NCBI GenBank assembly: GCA_026023565.1
Contig: JAPETS010000001.1
Coordinates: 1,302,001 to 1,366,000 of the forward strand
Reading direction: 5' to 3'
Source of the DNA: Cirrosporium novae-zelandiae
Lineage: Eukaryota
Length of the DNA stretch: 64,000 nt
Part shown: piece after piece, positions 35,811 to 49,904 of the stretch
How the letters are laid out: every line of letters starts with the position of its first letter
Numbering within the stretch: position 1 is the stretch's first letter
Program-made: the position numbers and the translations under genes
Notes under the pieces: model-generated
What the model saw: only the letters and a program-made list of their open reading frames with translations
Databases searched by the model: none
What the model was told of the DNA's origin: nothing

Positions 35811-36454
35811 GGAATTTTCCCTCTAATGCAATATTTTCGAAATATTATTAATTATGATGAATCCACCTTAAAATTATGCCATATTTCTGAAAGCGCCCGC
35901 TAATATTTATGGACATAGCAAATGTCGCCTATAGTTGATGCAACTTCAAACACATCTTCCATATATCTACTCGCAGTTACTTAGGGTGGACATTCCTTAT
36001 TCTCGAGCTTCTAGTTCAGTTTTGGCTGGGTTGTTGATCCTTCTTTGCTTCATGGTTATTGGCAACTGGTTGCTTAGCGTTCTGCTTTTTCTAAACATTT
36101 ATATGGTTAATTGATTGCGTCGCTAATACTTGGCCCGTGGATCCTACCGATCTTGCGTCTGGGAGGTTAGTGCTTTAATGAAACCACCCATTTATCTGTA
36201 TTTTCTGAGAGAATGGCTTGAGTAGAATCCATTTGCGTGGCAAATATTTGCAGCCACATGGATTAAGCCAACAGGTGGGGGTCTGGTCCAATTCGATCCG
36301 GTCTATCCTCAACTCTAGCGCATAGGACGGACTCAAACAAAGACACCATGCAATCATTAGCATTGATTGATATTATATATGAACGGCTATGCAAACATCT
36401 ACTTTCTGGATATCGCAACACAACGTCAGAGATTTATGTACCCAACCCTAATCA

Positions 36455-38038
36455 TTAATCCCATTTCCTCCTTATCACAGGTCTCGCCGGGTCCCAAGGC
36501 CCGATCACTACGTTCTTGTATTTCTGCAGTCCAATCAACCACCAGCTACATCCCCCCATGGCTAAACTGGTCCCAAGCCCCCCAATCACCATACCCAGCA
36601 GGGCAGCCTTCCAGCCTGATTCTGGTCCTGCTATCACCATGCCCAGCGCACCACCCGCACAAAGGATAAGTAAAATGGTGAGGAGAAGGTGTAGAGTCCA
36701 GGATCGCCAACGAAGGTGGCGACGGAAAACGGGAAAAAGGCCGAAGACTTCGATGCTGAAGAGGGTGAGACTAAAAACGTGAGTCGTACTAGGAAGGCGA
36801 GATGCCAGTACTGTAGAGGCCATGAGTGCGGCATTTGTGCTTAGACTGGCAGGAAATTGTCCTGTATTCTTATTGCGAATGTTGTCCAAATTCTGCGCGT
36901 AGGGAGACGAGGATGATGGCGGGGGATTGCTACCACCATAGTCAAAACAAAAGACATTGATGCTTATTAGCCATGTGGACATCGCCCAGATAGAATCGGA
37001 GCTTGTAGATCTAGTTAAAGATTTTAGAATAGGCGAAAGCATCAAGAGAGCGCTGTAGATGAGGACAGCCGATTTGGCTGTCGCGAGCCGTTGTTGGGTG
37101 CGAGATGATAGTTGGGAGGCAGGTGGGTAGGCGATCGGAGGTAGATTGTGGTCAGTAGGAGAGTTGAAAGATGAATTGGAGTATAATGACGCAGCACTCG
37201 TACTATGAGAATGACTGAGGCGCGAGGCAGTTGCGAAGTTCGGCGTAGATAGCGAGAGACCAAGACCATTGGCTTGCGCTGGATCTTTACTTAACGTGTT
37301 GTCATTACTATTTGACGAACTCGTACTCAATCCATCCTCATTCTCTGCAAAAGCGACACTTGCACGCCTCCGTTCTTCCCTTTTCTCCTCTTGGCTGACC
37401 CAGTTGTCCCATATCATCCAGCCAAGGACAGTCGCGACATTGCTCCACCCTACAACGGAGACTGGTGATATTCGTTCTTGGTAAATACCCACAAAGCAGC
37501 TGACGAATATTGCGACAGAGCAGATATGTTGGACTATGACAGTGGAGTCTGCGACAAGGGGCCAGAAATCGTAAGGCTGAATACGAGGGTTTCGTTGGAG
37601 ATGATCGAGGAATGTCTCTTCGTCTGTGTAATTGTCGGGGTCTGAATGCCATAGGTGTTAGCTGCCATGAGACAAACGGAATTCCACCAAGCTTGAAAGC
37701 AGAAACGTACATGACTGTTTGACCCATAATAGTTTCTTCCACACAGCCCTTCTCCTCCGACTCGCACTTCTTCCGCTTTTGCGTCCACGACTAGTTGAGG
37801 GAACCCTCAGGCCTCCAGCTCCATTTTGCAAGTGACTATGATCGGTCCGAGATGTGTCTAGCGGCTCTATAGTTCTTGTTCGACGAGGTGGTGAATGAGC
37901 ATCGAGAGCGTCTTCGGGCGCTAAACGTGTAGGATCTGGATAAGTTCCATGCTGCAGGGGTGGTCGTACAGGCACAATGCCCGGGAATTGATAGGGGTTA
38001 TGTGTTTTCGCGTTAACTGGCGCCACTAAAGGCATCAT
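36455..38038 (-). CDS. GPI2: GPI-GlcNAc transferase subunit C (PIG-C/Gpi2)
   Basis: WKKLLWVKQS/YPDNYTDEETFLDHLQRNP, LSPILKSLTRSTSSDSIWA, SLSTNAALMASTVLASRL and LQKYKNVVIGPWDPARP. One intron. Confidence 0.95.
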
Positions 38039-38445
38039 TGACTGTATAGGTCGATCATCTACGCTCACCAACGCCGAGGAGGAAAATGTCAAAAGGGAAC
38101 CGGCCCCCTGTAATATTTATTAAACAGCAAAGGTGATGCACAGGTGGGGATTTATGATTGAGTTAAGCTTTTACTAAGTTTAAGATTTTAGACCCCTTAA
38201 GCTAATTAGGCGAAGAGTTACCCTTAGCTAATCGCCGAGGCACGTATTAAGGTACATGGATACGTTAATATTCGAAATATTCCGTATCAAGATTAGATAG
38301 TATAGATAGCATATTTTTCATAGATTTAATTCCACATTCTTACACAAAATAACAGTTCAAAGTCTCGCCTAGTATTAACATGAAATATTTGGTCGTTATC
38401 CTCACCTTGTATCCAAAAGCTTTATGCCACATACGAACAGGGTGA

Positions 38446-40540
38446 TTAAGACGACGGTGTTGTGTAATTTACACTCGGATTGTTGGTCACAGTGATGAGG
38501 GTCTGATTGACTACGCTTCCCGGAGGCGCATACCCTCCTAAATTTGTCACTGCGGCGGCAATTTCCCTCCAAAAACCGCACGCGCTCTCTGTCGTCTCAG
38601 AATCGCTCGTGGTACTAAATCCAAGGTTTCCAGCCTTCAACACACCCGTCAGTTTTTCTCCGTTCACATTCCCCACCGTTGGCCACTTGATCGCGGTAGG
38701 AATATTCAGAATTTTGCGGTATGTGTTAGGGTTGCCGGTGCGCGCATGAGATGTCAAATAAGATTGGTATCCCTGTGCATAAGTACCAAAGAGGGGTAGA
38801 AGAGCGAAGGCGACTTCCCCGGCAAAAGTGTCGATATCCAGGTTTAGGTTGTAGAATGTTGGGAGGATATCTGTAGCATGGTATCCAGGTGTGACTGCGT
38901 AAAGGAGGTTATAAACATCAGAGACAGAAGCAAGTGCGTCAGTCATCCAACGCGTATTGCAGTGAAAGCAGGAGTCGCCGAGAAAATCGAGTACACGGTC
39001 CGTTACTGTATCATAACTGGAACTGGGGTATTGTTCCTCAACCACAGAGACAACACCTGCATCCCGTGTATATTTCGGAAAGACGGTGTCAAGAAATTCT
39101 GTGAATTCGGCATCGGTTTGAACATGGCCATCAACAAAGAGATTGGGTTCGTTAGATGTATGGGATAGGATAATAGATTCAAGTCCTTGATAATAATTTC
39201 CTGATGCCAAATTAAAATCCAAGCACAACTGAAAAGTAGAGCTAACAGCAAAAAGACTAGAAGGGCGCATTGAAAAACCGATTACCTACCAGATGCATAT
39301 TCTAGCACCGCCAGTTGACGAATCAAATCACCATCTGTAGAGGGACCAATAGAAAATGTGCCATCTGGAGTATTCTCTGCTAGCTGGATATTAGCCTCCT
39401 TTATTGTGTCAGAGGAGGCACTTCGTAAGCACGTTAACCCTTGGCCTTCGCAGCCTGCGAGGGAGCTAAAATTCTGGAAAACCTCCTCCATAGTACCTCG
39501 TCGGTCCCACATGAACTCATAGGCTGGACTCTGCAAGACAGCGCGCGAGAAAAGCGGATCCTGCGTACCGCCATAAGCAACAAGGTGGTGAAGAATAGAT
39601 GCCGCACCAGCAGATTCACCCCAAGCGCTGACTTGGGTCGAGTCTCCGCCTAGAAGGCTGATATAATCTTGAACCCATTGTAAGGCAGCACGTTGATCAT
39701 AGAGACCGGCATTGGGAAGACCGTCTTCTTCCATGGTGGAGCCAGCGAGCCATCCCAAGGCGCCGAGCTATACGTCGACATATCCTTTAATATAGGTTCC
39801 ATCTAAGTGTGGAAAGAGTTCCTTACTCGATAATTTGCAGCTACCCAGATAACTTCTTCACCAGACTCCTGAATTAAGCCGGTACCATCGTAGAAAGGGA
39901 GGATTGGTTCATACGCATCCTTAGCGCCAAACATGAACGCGCCTCCATAGAACCAGACGATCACGGGAAGGTTTGAAGAAGAATTAGATAACGCTTTTGC
40001 GGGAACGACAATATCGAGGAAAAGGCAATCTAAATGAGATATCAGTCACCTGTCCATATCGGGAATCGTTATAACTCGGACCCTCAGACGTTGGGTGCAG
40101 GGAAGTGGGAAGAGGAATCCCGCCGAGGAACTCATTAAGCACGCCTCCAATGGGGCTTTCATTTAGAGATCCAAGTAGGTTTAGACCATTTGGCTGTGAC
40201 TGTAGACAAGCAGGGCCATATGAACCATCTTGAATAGTGTCATTATATTCAGGTGTGGCTGGCTTTGCCCATCTTAGATCCCCAACTGGTGCGGCTCCAA
40301 ACCGGATGTTCTTGAAGGTATAGAGCTAGCAGGGTAGCTTGTCAGTTGTCATAGTACACTCAAATTTGCCGAAGAGCAACTCACCTTGCCATTAGAGTTA
40401 TAGCTACTTGCTTTCCATGTTCCGTACGGCAATGTTAGGGTTGGCATATCATCGCGTTTGTCAAAACTAATGCCCATGCGTGGTGGAGCAGCGACGACGG
40501 AAGCAACATAAAGACATATGATAAGCGCTGAAATAAACAT
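38446..40540 (-). CDS. Secreted carboxylesterase type B / lipase
   Basis: Signal peptide, FKNIRFGAAPVGDLRW, EDCLFLD, WFYGGAF, NYR-LG, NAGLYDQRAALQWV, GESAG and HATD. About 4 introns. Confidence 0.92.
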
Positions 40541-43420
40541 CCCGAATGAAGGGGCTATCTCTCTAGTGTGGCAATGGTTCTCGGCGACTTGTTAAACGTT
40601 TTGGGGTCTCCATGATGAAGGAAGGGGCTGTTTTATAAACAATGAAATGGGCAGTGGGCTGATTCCGAGGTGCTAGCAAGGTCACAAGCAAAAAATACAA
40701 AAAAACAATTTAGAAGCAATGCTCAACTCTTGTAGAAGAGGCCATTTGAAGACCATTTCCTCGAACTGTTTGGTTTCTATCATGCAAAAATAGAGCATTG
40801 GGGAGAGTTGCCCCTCTTCCAAGGCTGGTGGTGGGACCAGATGAGGAGCAATATCCGACAAGATGGGTAATAAATTTGGTATAGCCCTGTCGAGCCGCTG
40901 GGATCATGTCCTATAAAAATCGTGAAGGAGTATGCTTGATTATTTTTCAGGAACAAATGACCTATATCATCCGGATGGGGTTCTTAGAGTGTTTTATCGT
41001 ATGTGGCGTGATGAAATAACAGAATTGTTGGGGAGAAAAATGATACAGTAGGTAAGATAGGAGCTAAAAGTCGGATACGGGAAGAAAGAATAAATTCTGC
41101 CAGTGAGCAAATTATTCCTTTGTAAGCTTGGATTCAAGATGTGACCCAAACAATAAATGCACTATGAGGGGAAGGTTTAACGTGCAAAGGTACGAAGTGA
41201 TATTGATTGGAAGAAGCTGAAAGAAGCATACTGTGGTGGTTTCGATTGAGTTGTGTGTGTGCCGAGAAAACTCCAATCAAAGAGCATTGAAATCATGAAT
41301 CAATTTTGTCGAATCTCCGGTTATGCAGAAAGATTACCCCACAATTCCGTACAGAGTAGAAAGGACCACCAGGATCTTTTGAATATCTTACCGAGGCTTC
41401 TCCATTAAACATGCGCCTACAAATATTATCTGTGTCCAAACAGAGCAGTCAAAGGGCTACGCATCTAAAGCTAGCCTCGTCTCGACACACGGGTTGAGAG
41501 AAAAAGGGATTGAGAAATTCAGATGATCAAGTTATTCATGCATATGGTACCAGCTATTAGTATTTGACCCTTTCACCCCCCCTGAGTATCCTGGATATTA
41601 ACAGTTGTTAAGGGCGACATGATTGTGGAAAACTAAAGACTCCATTCATATAGATTGCTGGGTATTATAATTCCAATGCAATCATTTTAAAACCACTTCT
41701 TCAAACTTCGCACATAGAAACAGAGTACCATCTCAACCTCAGCAGGTTTCGTCCGGTGGCTTATCCTAGTGTTTTAATCCATAGGGTCTGTCCATAGTAT
41801 TCACGTTAAGCTGTGGTCGACGTCGACGTAAATATTTCCAAACGACCTTGCCTGAACGACGGACTTTGTAATTTATTAAGTATCCCAACGACTGATGGGC
41901 AAAGCCGCTCGGCGTGAGTTGTTAAAGGTTTCCTAGAGATAAAATTAGGCTCACTTATCCAGTCAGTCACGGCCGTTTATTGTCAAAATTTTCAAACCAC
42001 TCGGTATTGTAGATGATAAAGGACATGAAACTGAAAGCTTGAATTTAATATAGTTGGGCTTTTCAAGGTTGCCATGGTACATGTCGCAATTAGGTGGGCT
42101 GATGCTTGTAGATCTCTCATCTCGTTGACAAAATATGATGAGGATGTTTCGAGGGATTCCACTCAAATCAACAAATGAAGAAAGATTATGGGCAAGCGTG
42201 GAACAAGGATTCGTTGATTCTACCACACTGCTCTCGGTACTTTTGTAATAGAAGTATGGAAATAATGCTCAAAGTGAGTTGAAATCATCAGACAGTCAGT
42301 CATATGGCAACGTGCATGATGGACAGATTCACCGAAGGGATCCACATCTTCCTCTTCTTCCTCTTCTTCTTCGTTTTCGAGACCTATCAAGGTATTTAAG
42401 GTAAGCGGTAGATAGGCTATCAAACAATACTAGATAAGTAAAGATAGTCTAGGAGTAAGCCACCAAAGGCACCAAGATTCTTTGAGCCTTTGAGCTTTTT
42501 GAGCCTTTTGAATCTTTTGAGCCTTTGAGTCTTGTTATCAGATGACTCTTCTTCCCCCACACGTAAACGTTAGTGTCTATTAGAATGGGCCGATGATCCA
42601 TTGATATACACACCATAAACTATTTGATACAGTCTATAGGTAGAGATAATCACCATAATATAATTAGTCAATTTCTCATGTAATGATACAATAAGCTTTT
42701 CATCATTTGTTTTGCAGAAAAAAACTGTGTGTCATATCTAGTCAGTTGAAGGTTTATGACAAGACCATCCGTGCCACCTTCTCGAATATTGACGACGACT
42801 TTGATTTGTTAATTACCTAAGTAGATTTAAGTTGCAAAGTTGGGCGTGACCGCCCCACAGCCTCTCGACTATGAGGGCTAATCAATCACTCAAAAGATAA
42901 TATTTCTTCAGACATTGCTATGTACCTATCTACTTGTTTGGTTGTCTCGGCCTGTTCAAATAGCAAGAATCTATTTCAAAGGATCCCCCCAAAAATGATC
43001 CTTTTACTTTCCAAAGTACATCTTGGGTCCTTGACCTTTGATGACCAAAACCTTCTCTTTATTTCAACCTGATCACATCAATTTACCTCTTCCCTCCAAA
43101 GTCAGTCACCCAGCCAGCCAGTCAGCTTGTCAGCTTTTGTATCTACTCATGTTGTTATACCATCTATGCTAGGATCGGTGATGATTTCGGGAGAGCTCAA
43201 GGTGGTCCTAATCTATGCTTAAATTGATATCGCCTCCCGATCGCAACCTTGTACAAAGGGAGCTCAGTTCAGTTCCAAATTAATAAACAAAGCCAAAGCT
43301 CCTTGACGAGTATTTATCTCCCACTCTGCCCTCCAGCTTTCCTTCCTCCCCATCTTCCTCACAACATATTTGCCCAAATCTCCCCTCATGCACACCAAGT
43401 AGGGTTGCGCTACTCACAAA

Positions 43421-45961
43421 ATGTCTACTGAGGGAAAGAATACTCAAGCAGAGCTCAAGGACATTCCTTTGGATCCTGCGCCCAGCCAAAGCCCCACAAA
43501 TAGTGAGACTACCAAGGGACGTGCATGGCGTCGATTTTTCAGAACGCCAAAACGGCAAAATAGTAGCTCTTCATCTGACGACGAGGTGGAAGAAAAGATC
43601 GAGCAGGAAAAACCAGCAAAATGGAGCTTAGGTATTTTGAATGACAAGCAGACAGATGAAGTTCCTGGTATGTTGTTGTCTATTATTCTCGAGAGACCAA
43701 GTTAGATTTAGGATAATAAATGCTTACTTATATTTCCACTGCTAGGATCTGTTCTCCTTCTCTCCAAATCCACTCGCAATGTTCCACTAGGCATACAAAA
43801 CCAGCCCGCAAGAAGATCTTCCTCATCCATACCTTATCGACCAGCCTCGCTTCACTCTGCGGTCCCAGAAAAGAAAAAAACCGCCGATGGAAAGATAATT
43901 CTAGAACCCCAACCAGATGATTCTCCAAACGACCCTTTGAATTGGGCTACATGGCGCCGAGACTCTGCTTTACTATCCTTGGGGTTTTACTGTATGTTGG
44001 GTGGAGGCATGACGCCAGTCCTGGCCGCGGGATTCAATAACGTTGCTGAGGCATATCATACCTCTGAAGCCAAGGTTGCCTACACAACTGGATTGTACAT
44101 GACTGGTCTGGGCATAGGGTCGGTTCTTTGGTCACCAACAGCAATTATTTTCGGAAAAAGACCGGTGTATTTGATTGGAGCAATCATATTCATCATCACT
44201 TCAGTGTGGTGTGCCGTCTCCCCAAACTATGCTTCGTTGGTTGTTGCAAGAATATTTATGGGGGTCGCTGTCAGCCCTGTAGAGTGTCTGCCTTCTGCAA
44301 CGATAGCCGAAATCTTCTTCCTTCATGAACGAGCATATCGGCTGGGTATATACACATTACTTTTATTAAGTGGCAAGAATATCATTCCGTTGGTCAGCGC
44401 CGCCATTATTCAGGCCTTGGGGTGGAGATGGGTTTTCTGGATCTGCGCAATGGCGGCCGGTCTTGGGCTATGCGTTCTATTCCTTTTTGTTCCTGAAACA
44501 TTCTGGGATCGAACTCCTCGACCGCACAAAAGGCCAACAGCTCATCGTACTTTATCAAATATTATGCAGCATGCTCTTCACCCGCACCATACGCATGGTC
44601 GACCAGCTGTGGATGAAACTAATGATCAACTTCCCAAACTTGTTCCACAGACCTCTGGAGCTTCCGAACCAAAGCAAACCCTTGTGGAGAGACGACTTTC
44701 ATTGCACAAGCAGAAACATACTCACTTTAGTGATGATGGCAAAAATAAAGACAACAACGAACAAGACGATAGCATCAAACCTATGAGCCTTTCAAATCTC
44801 CCCCCGCCTTCGGCTTCTCCCTCTGCTCCTCACGACCAGCCCCATGAATCCGCCCCCGGAAATCCAGGCATGGATCTCCATAGCTTCAATCCCCATTACT
44901 ACGCTGCTGCAGAGAATGCGGCCACTGACTATGTGAATCACGAACCGGAGAAAGATTCCGTGGGAGCGCCTCATACATACCAACTAGCTCACGACCCTGA
45001 CTCATCTTCCTCCCACCCTGCTACTAACCTCTCTCCCATTGAGCTCGAAGAAGGTCATCAGCATATACTGCCTCCCATGCTGTCTCCTGCCCTGTCCACT
45101 ATTCCCGGAAATCGGCATTACACTGCGGCCCTCCGCACTCGTCCCCCAAAAACCTTTGTTCAGACCTTGAAACCCTGGAATGGATTCCTGCATCGTGAAA
45201 ACTGGTTTAAAGTCGCCATGCGCCCCTTTATTCTTTTTGCATACCCGGCGGTCCTCTGGAGCACCTTGGTTTACTCCCTCTCCATAGGCTGGTTAATTGT
45301 ACTTTCCGAAGCTATGTCTACTATTTTCAAAAATAAAGACACTTACAACTTCTCATCTCTCGGTACAGGTCTCTTGTACATATCTCCTTTTGTAGGTGGT
45401 ATTCTTGGTACAGCTGTTGCAGGGAAAATCTCCGATGTCATTGTGCGCTATATGTCTCGGCGTAATGACGGAGTATACGAACCTGAATTCCGACTCATAA
45501 TGGCGATTCCTGTTGTTATTACTACGGCAATCGGGCTCATGGGATTCGGATGGAGTGTTGAGGAGCGAGACAAGTGGATCGTTCCAACCGTCTTTTTCGG
45601 CATCATTAGTTTCGGATGTTCTTTGGGAAGCACGACGTCAATCACATTCTGCGTTGACAGTTATCGTCAATACGCAGGGGAAGCGCTTGTTACGCTTAAC
45701 TTCTCCAAAAGTGAGTTTATTTCTCCGTATCTTACCCCAACTTTGGTCTCACCCATTTATTAACTCTTCGTAGATATTTTTCATGGTTTAGTTTTCTCCC
45801 TTTTTTTCGTGAATTGGTTAGAATCCGATGGTGCCAAAACAACCTTTCTCGCAATTGGCGGTATCCAGATCGCATGTCTCCTCACAACTATCCCCATGTA
45901 CATATTCGGGAAACGGGCGAGAATGTGGACGGTGAGGCAGAATCTGATGGAAAAGTTCTGA
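43421..45961 (+). CDS. MFS transporter, HOL1-related
   Basis: IILEPQPDDSPNDPLNW, FGKRPVY, ARIFMG, IAEIFFLHERA, VPETFW and EPEFRL. Long central loop, two introns, stop TGA at 45959-45961. Confidence 0.88.
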
Positions 45962-47689
45962 GTCCGGGGTTCGATGGAAAATGAATAGTCGCGCAGCATT
46001 TTGCATATCCATCCACTGGTCGGCTTTGTTTCTCATTCAAGAAAGGGGGAGTTTTCTTTTTATTTTCAGTTTAACAGGGTTCCCCTTTGCTAGTTTCAGC
46101 CTTTGGTCTTGTTGGGTTTGGGTAGTTATTTTTCTTCACGACATGAAAAACGAAATCTATGGTGGTGTTACGACACGAGATGTTATGTGGTACAGCAAAA
46201 ACTAATAGTGATGCAGTTAGTTTAACTGGGGGTCTTTTCTGGCATAGCATTGGCATTTGCATATTGGATACGACATATGACAAGACAGGAGATTGATTGG
46301 CATTAGAAAGAGTTTTAGAGCATTGCATATGATGAAGAGGAAAATACAAAAATTGATTGGTGCAAAGTGATTTATATCAAGTTCGACTTCACCTTGCCTG
46401 ATCTCTCAGTAATCGCACTTTTTCAAACATCCTTAGGCCGATGGGGTAAGAGATATGGAGGCATTGAACAAAATGTGCACAGTAGTCATGTGGCCTTGGT
46501 CCATACAATCCCAGGATATCAGTATTCGGCTTTTTAGAAGAATAAGAGATCGGTTACTCATTTTGTTCCATAGGTTCTCGGGTATTTCAAAGGCTCGATT
46601 CGGTTTGAACCAAGGCCTTCCATCCTATCTGGCTGCTCTCCGCGAGCGCAAAGCAACGGATACTTATCTTTTCAACCTCCCTTAATCTCTTAGGTTAGTT
46701 TAGACATGTGACAAAGTTGAAATGCCAATGGCCAAGTGCTGTATAGTATATACATATATCATCTCTAGAAACGTTTCATGAATATTTTTCGCCGCATTTA
46801 TTATAGGTTAAGGTTAGAGGCTGTTGCGGTAATGTAGTCCGCTAAAGTAGAGGCCCCAAGCTTAACCAGAAGAGCTAACAGAAGAACGAAGGTTTGTTCG
46901 TACATTTGATAGAAGCATGCCATATAATTCATATCATCAGCGTATTATTATAAACCCCTGGTGTTGAGAGAATATTGCTTGAGCCCACAATTATTTGGGG
47001 CCCGGGTGTCATCCTTTTCTATAAAAGTGTATGCACTTTGATCGCTGTTCACATCAGATAAGTTCCCACTAAAACAAAAAATTGTTCAGGAATGTGGCTG
47101 CCTGTTTTCAAGTCGATATTTGTATTATTAAGTAGGTTGACGAGGCTCCTCAAGGGAGACAAATAACCTCATCGCGGCCGATTTTCTCGTCTAGCATAGT
47201 ACTATAGCAATATTGAGTTAAGGGTTCCCATTGTGAGAACTAACATGCCTTTAGAGTTTCGATTGCGGTCAACACGAGTGCTTCGAGAGAGTTCGATATG
47301 TTGAGTCTTGATGAACTCTATCTGCAAGTGGGGAATCGAGACATAAAAATTAAAATTTAGCAATTGGAACGAAGGAAAGTGAAAAAGGACTCGGATCTAG
47401 CCATGGTTTTCGGGATAATGATTCGGCGCGGATAAAAGGTAATATTTAGAAAGTAAAATCTGTTGAAATTCGAGAACGGAGTTAAAGTCCTGATGTAGCA
47501 TGTAGTAGCAATAGAGATATTATATATGAGAATTGAGGTGACGCCACAAGTTCAACGCTTGGGGGTTTAGTTGATTGGTTTGTTCTCGAGACACTCCAAA
47601 AGGTACGAGAAGTGGTTAATATTAATGATGAGATGAAGAGGTTTCCCAATATCAGCAATATTTCTTCACCGCTCTGAGAGATGAAAGCG

Positions 47690-47763
47690 ATGATTGATGA
47701 CGACGGTGATGGGTGATGGGTGATGGTGATGGGTGATGGTGATGATGATGATGATGATGATGG
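47690..47763. repeat. (GAT)n / GATGGGT microsatellite
   Basis: Directly visible. It is the source of the spurious poly-His and poly-Asp ORFs. Confidence 0.85.
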
Positions 47764-49089
47764 TGCAGGAAGAACAAAAGTGATGAGGTGGATATCATCA
47801 TCATCACCACCAACGTGGCAGTTGGCAGGTCCAAAAAGTGACGTAGATACCTGTGGTACTCTGGTCTATCAAGTAATAATTACCGAGGTTCCTTGTTTAT
47901 AGGTATCTAATTAACTCCGGGATAAAGCTTCCCGAATCCCCGAATCCCCGACATGATACTAAAGTAGCCCAACCTTGATTTTAGAGAGTTGCCCAGCCAC
48001 TTTTCTCCATCAACCGACTCCACTATATACTAGTTCCATAGGTTAGTTCCCTAGCTATCCAGGTAGTTGACATTAGCCGAGGAACGTAACCAGTAATCCT
48101 CTTTACTTTGCTCCGGGAAGCTGCAGCTCTCCCAACCAACACTAACCATTATTAACCCCCAAGACAATTTTCAAGTTTCTTGTTTTCACTCAATTCATCA
48201 CTTTCTCACTCTATCACTTTTTCTTTTTCTTTTTCTTTTTCTTTTTCTTTTCTTGATATCTTGGATGATTGATTGATTGATTGATTGATTCAGGGCAATC
48301 TTTCCCCTCGCCTCCCCAAAAGGCCCTGTGTTGTCTTAACAATTATCACTTAGTCTATTGTTCATTGATTCATTTGGCCCTTAAATAGCTGTAATTTAGA
48401 GTCTTGTCTATCATGTCTATGATGTATGTATCCAGTATCCACTTTTGGTAATGCCCGTATCACACTGCTACGTATCACAGAAATCATGATACTATGATAC
48501 TTGGACTGACTGTTAAGCCACCGGGAAAACAAGAAGTGGCGGGTTTCTACCTTGTAATTGATTTTATCCGTCCAGGAACAGAATACTCCAACTCATAGGC
48601 TGTTTCTGACTTTGGGTCCGCTGCTGGGGGGAAGTAGAACACTGGGAGATCTGGAAATCTGGAAATTGCAATTTGTAGGTGGCTAACAATTGGATGACGA
48701 TCCATTCAGTCAAGCTTTCTTCCTTCCCACCTGTCTTGTTTGGTGGTTGGGCCGCCTAGTTACAGCTTGCAGACTCACTCACTCACCAGTCACTCACAGA
48801 TTCTCACCCACAGACTCACTCACACACAGACTACGCTTTCTCATCCCCCTCCTCCTCTTCTTCTTCTTCTCCCTCTCCTCCTCACCTCAAATACTCTTTG
48901 GTTTCCCACCATTCTTCCAATCTTCATCTCTTCTGGATCGCATCGCATTCTATCCACTTCCCCTTCTTCTTCTGACATCACTCGTGAAGCTCATCTTGCC
49001 AATCAATTACTCACCCCCATCACACAAACACTACCAACAACATATACACGCACGCACACACATCACACATACACGCACACTCCACCAAG

Positions 49090-49904
49090 ATGAAGTTCTC
49101 TACCCTCACAACCGTTGTAGCTTTTGCTGTTGCTGTTTCGGCTCAAGATCTCAGTGATCTCAGCAGTCTTCCTGCATGTGGTGTATGTCATCTGCTCTCT
49201 TCTTAGCAACATGGTACTAATCTTTTCTTTTGTAGCAAACTTGTATTAGCAATATGATTGCGCTGGCTCCCTCACTCGGCTGCTCTGAAGGTGTTGGCAA
49301 TCTTACCTGCCTTTGCACCAACGCAAGGTTTGGATATGGTATTCGTGACTGCACCAACGAATCCTGTCCCGACTCGGACAAGGCTGCCGTTCTCAGCTAC
49401 GGTACCAGCATCTGCACAAGTGCTGCCTCTGGATCTGCTACCGCTGTCTCTGCCATCAACACCTCTGGTACTGTTGCTGCTGCTACTACCACTGCCACTG
49501 GCTCCGCTTCTGGCATGACAACCATGACTGCCACCGCCACCACAACGGGTAACTCTACCGGTGGAGCTGGTGTTTCTGCCGTTACTACCTCTGCCATCGT
49601 CTCCACCATGACTACTGATGGTAGTACCTTGAAAACCACCATCGGCAGCACCACCTTGTACACCACAACTACCGGTTCTGTTGCAGCCAGCCTTTCCAGT
49701 AAGGTTTCCTCGGCCAAGTCCGCAGCATCCTCTGCAGAATCCAGCGCCGAGTCTGCAGCCTCATCCATTGCATCATCTGCTAGTGCTGCAGCATCTTCTG
49801 CTACTGCATCTAGCTCTTCAAGTGGCAGCGCTGCTGCCCCAACTCACTTCGCTGCCCCAGCTTTGATGGGCGCTGCCGGTTTTGCAGTTTTGGCTCTGCT
49901 GTAA
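49090..49904 (+). CDS. GPI-anchored CFEM domain cell-surface protein (2 exons)
   Basis: Signal peptide MKFSTLTTVVAFAVAVSA. 8-Cys CFEM domain (LPACG/QTC...GC...TCLC...IRDCTNESC...IC), Ser/Thr/Ala-rich stalk and hydrophobic C-terminal GPI signal. Confidence 0.92.

Noticed and set aside
9566..40540. Amidase, decarboxylase, laccase and esterase as one aromatic-degradation cluster
   Set aside because: They are separated by many unrelated housekeeping genes, with no cluster transcription factor or backbone enzyme.
46806..46910. Hairpin (GGTTAAG...CTTAACC) followed by an ANANNA box and a later ACA, resembling an H/ACA snoRNA
   Set aside because: The second hairpin is too short and I could not match the pocket to an rRNA target. 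An Infernal or snoGPS search is needed.
47134..47345. TTGACGA/TTGATGA plus stem-loops resembling hammerhead ribozyme cores
   Set aside because: The CUGANGA and GAAA core residues are not intact and no stem III or cleavage triplet could be built.
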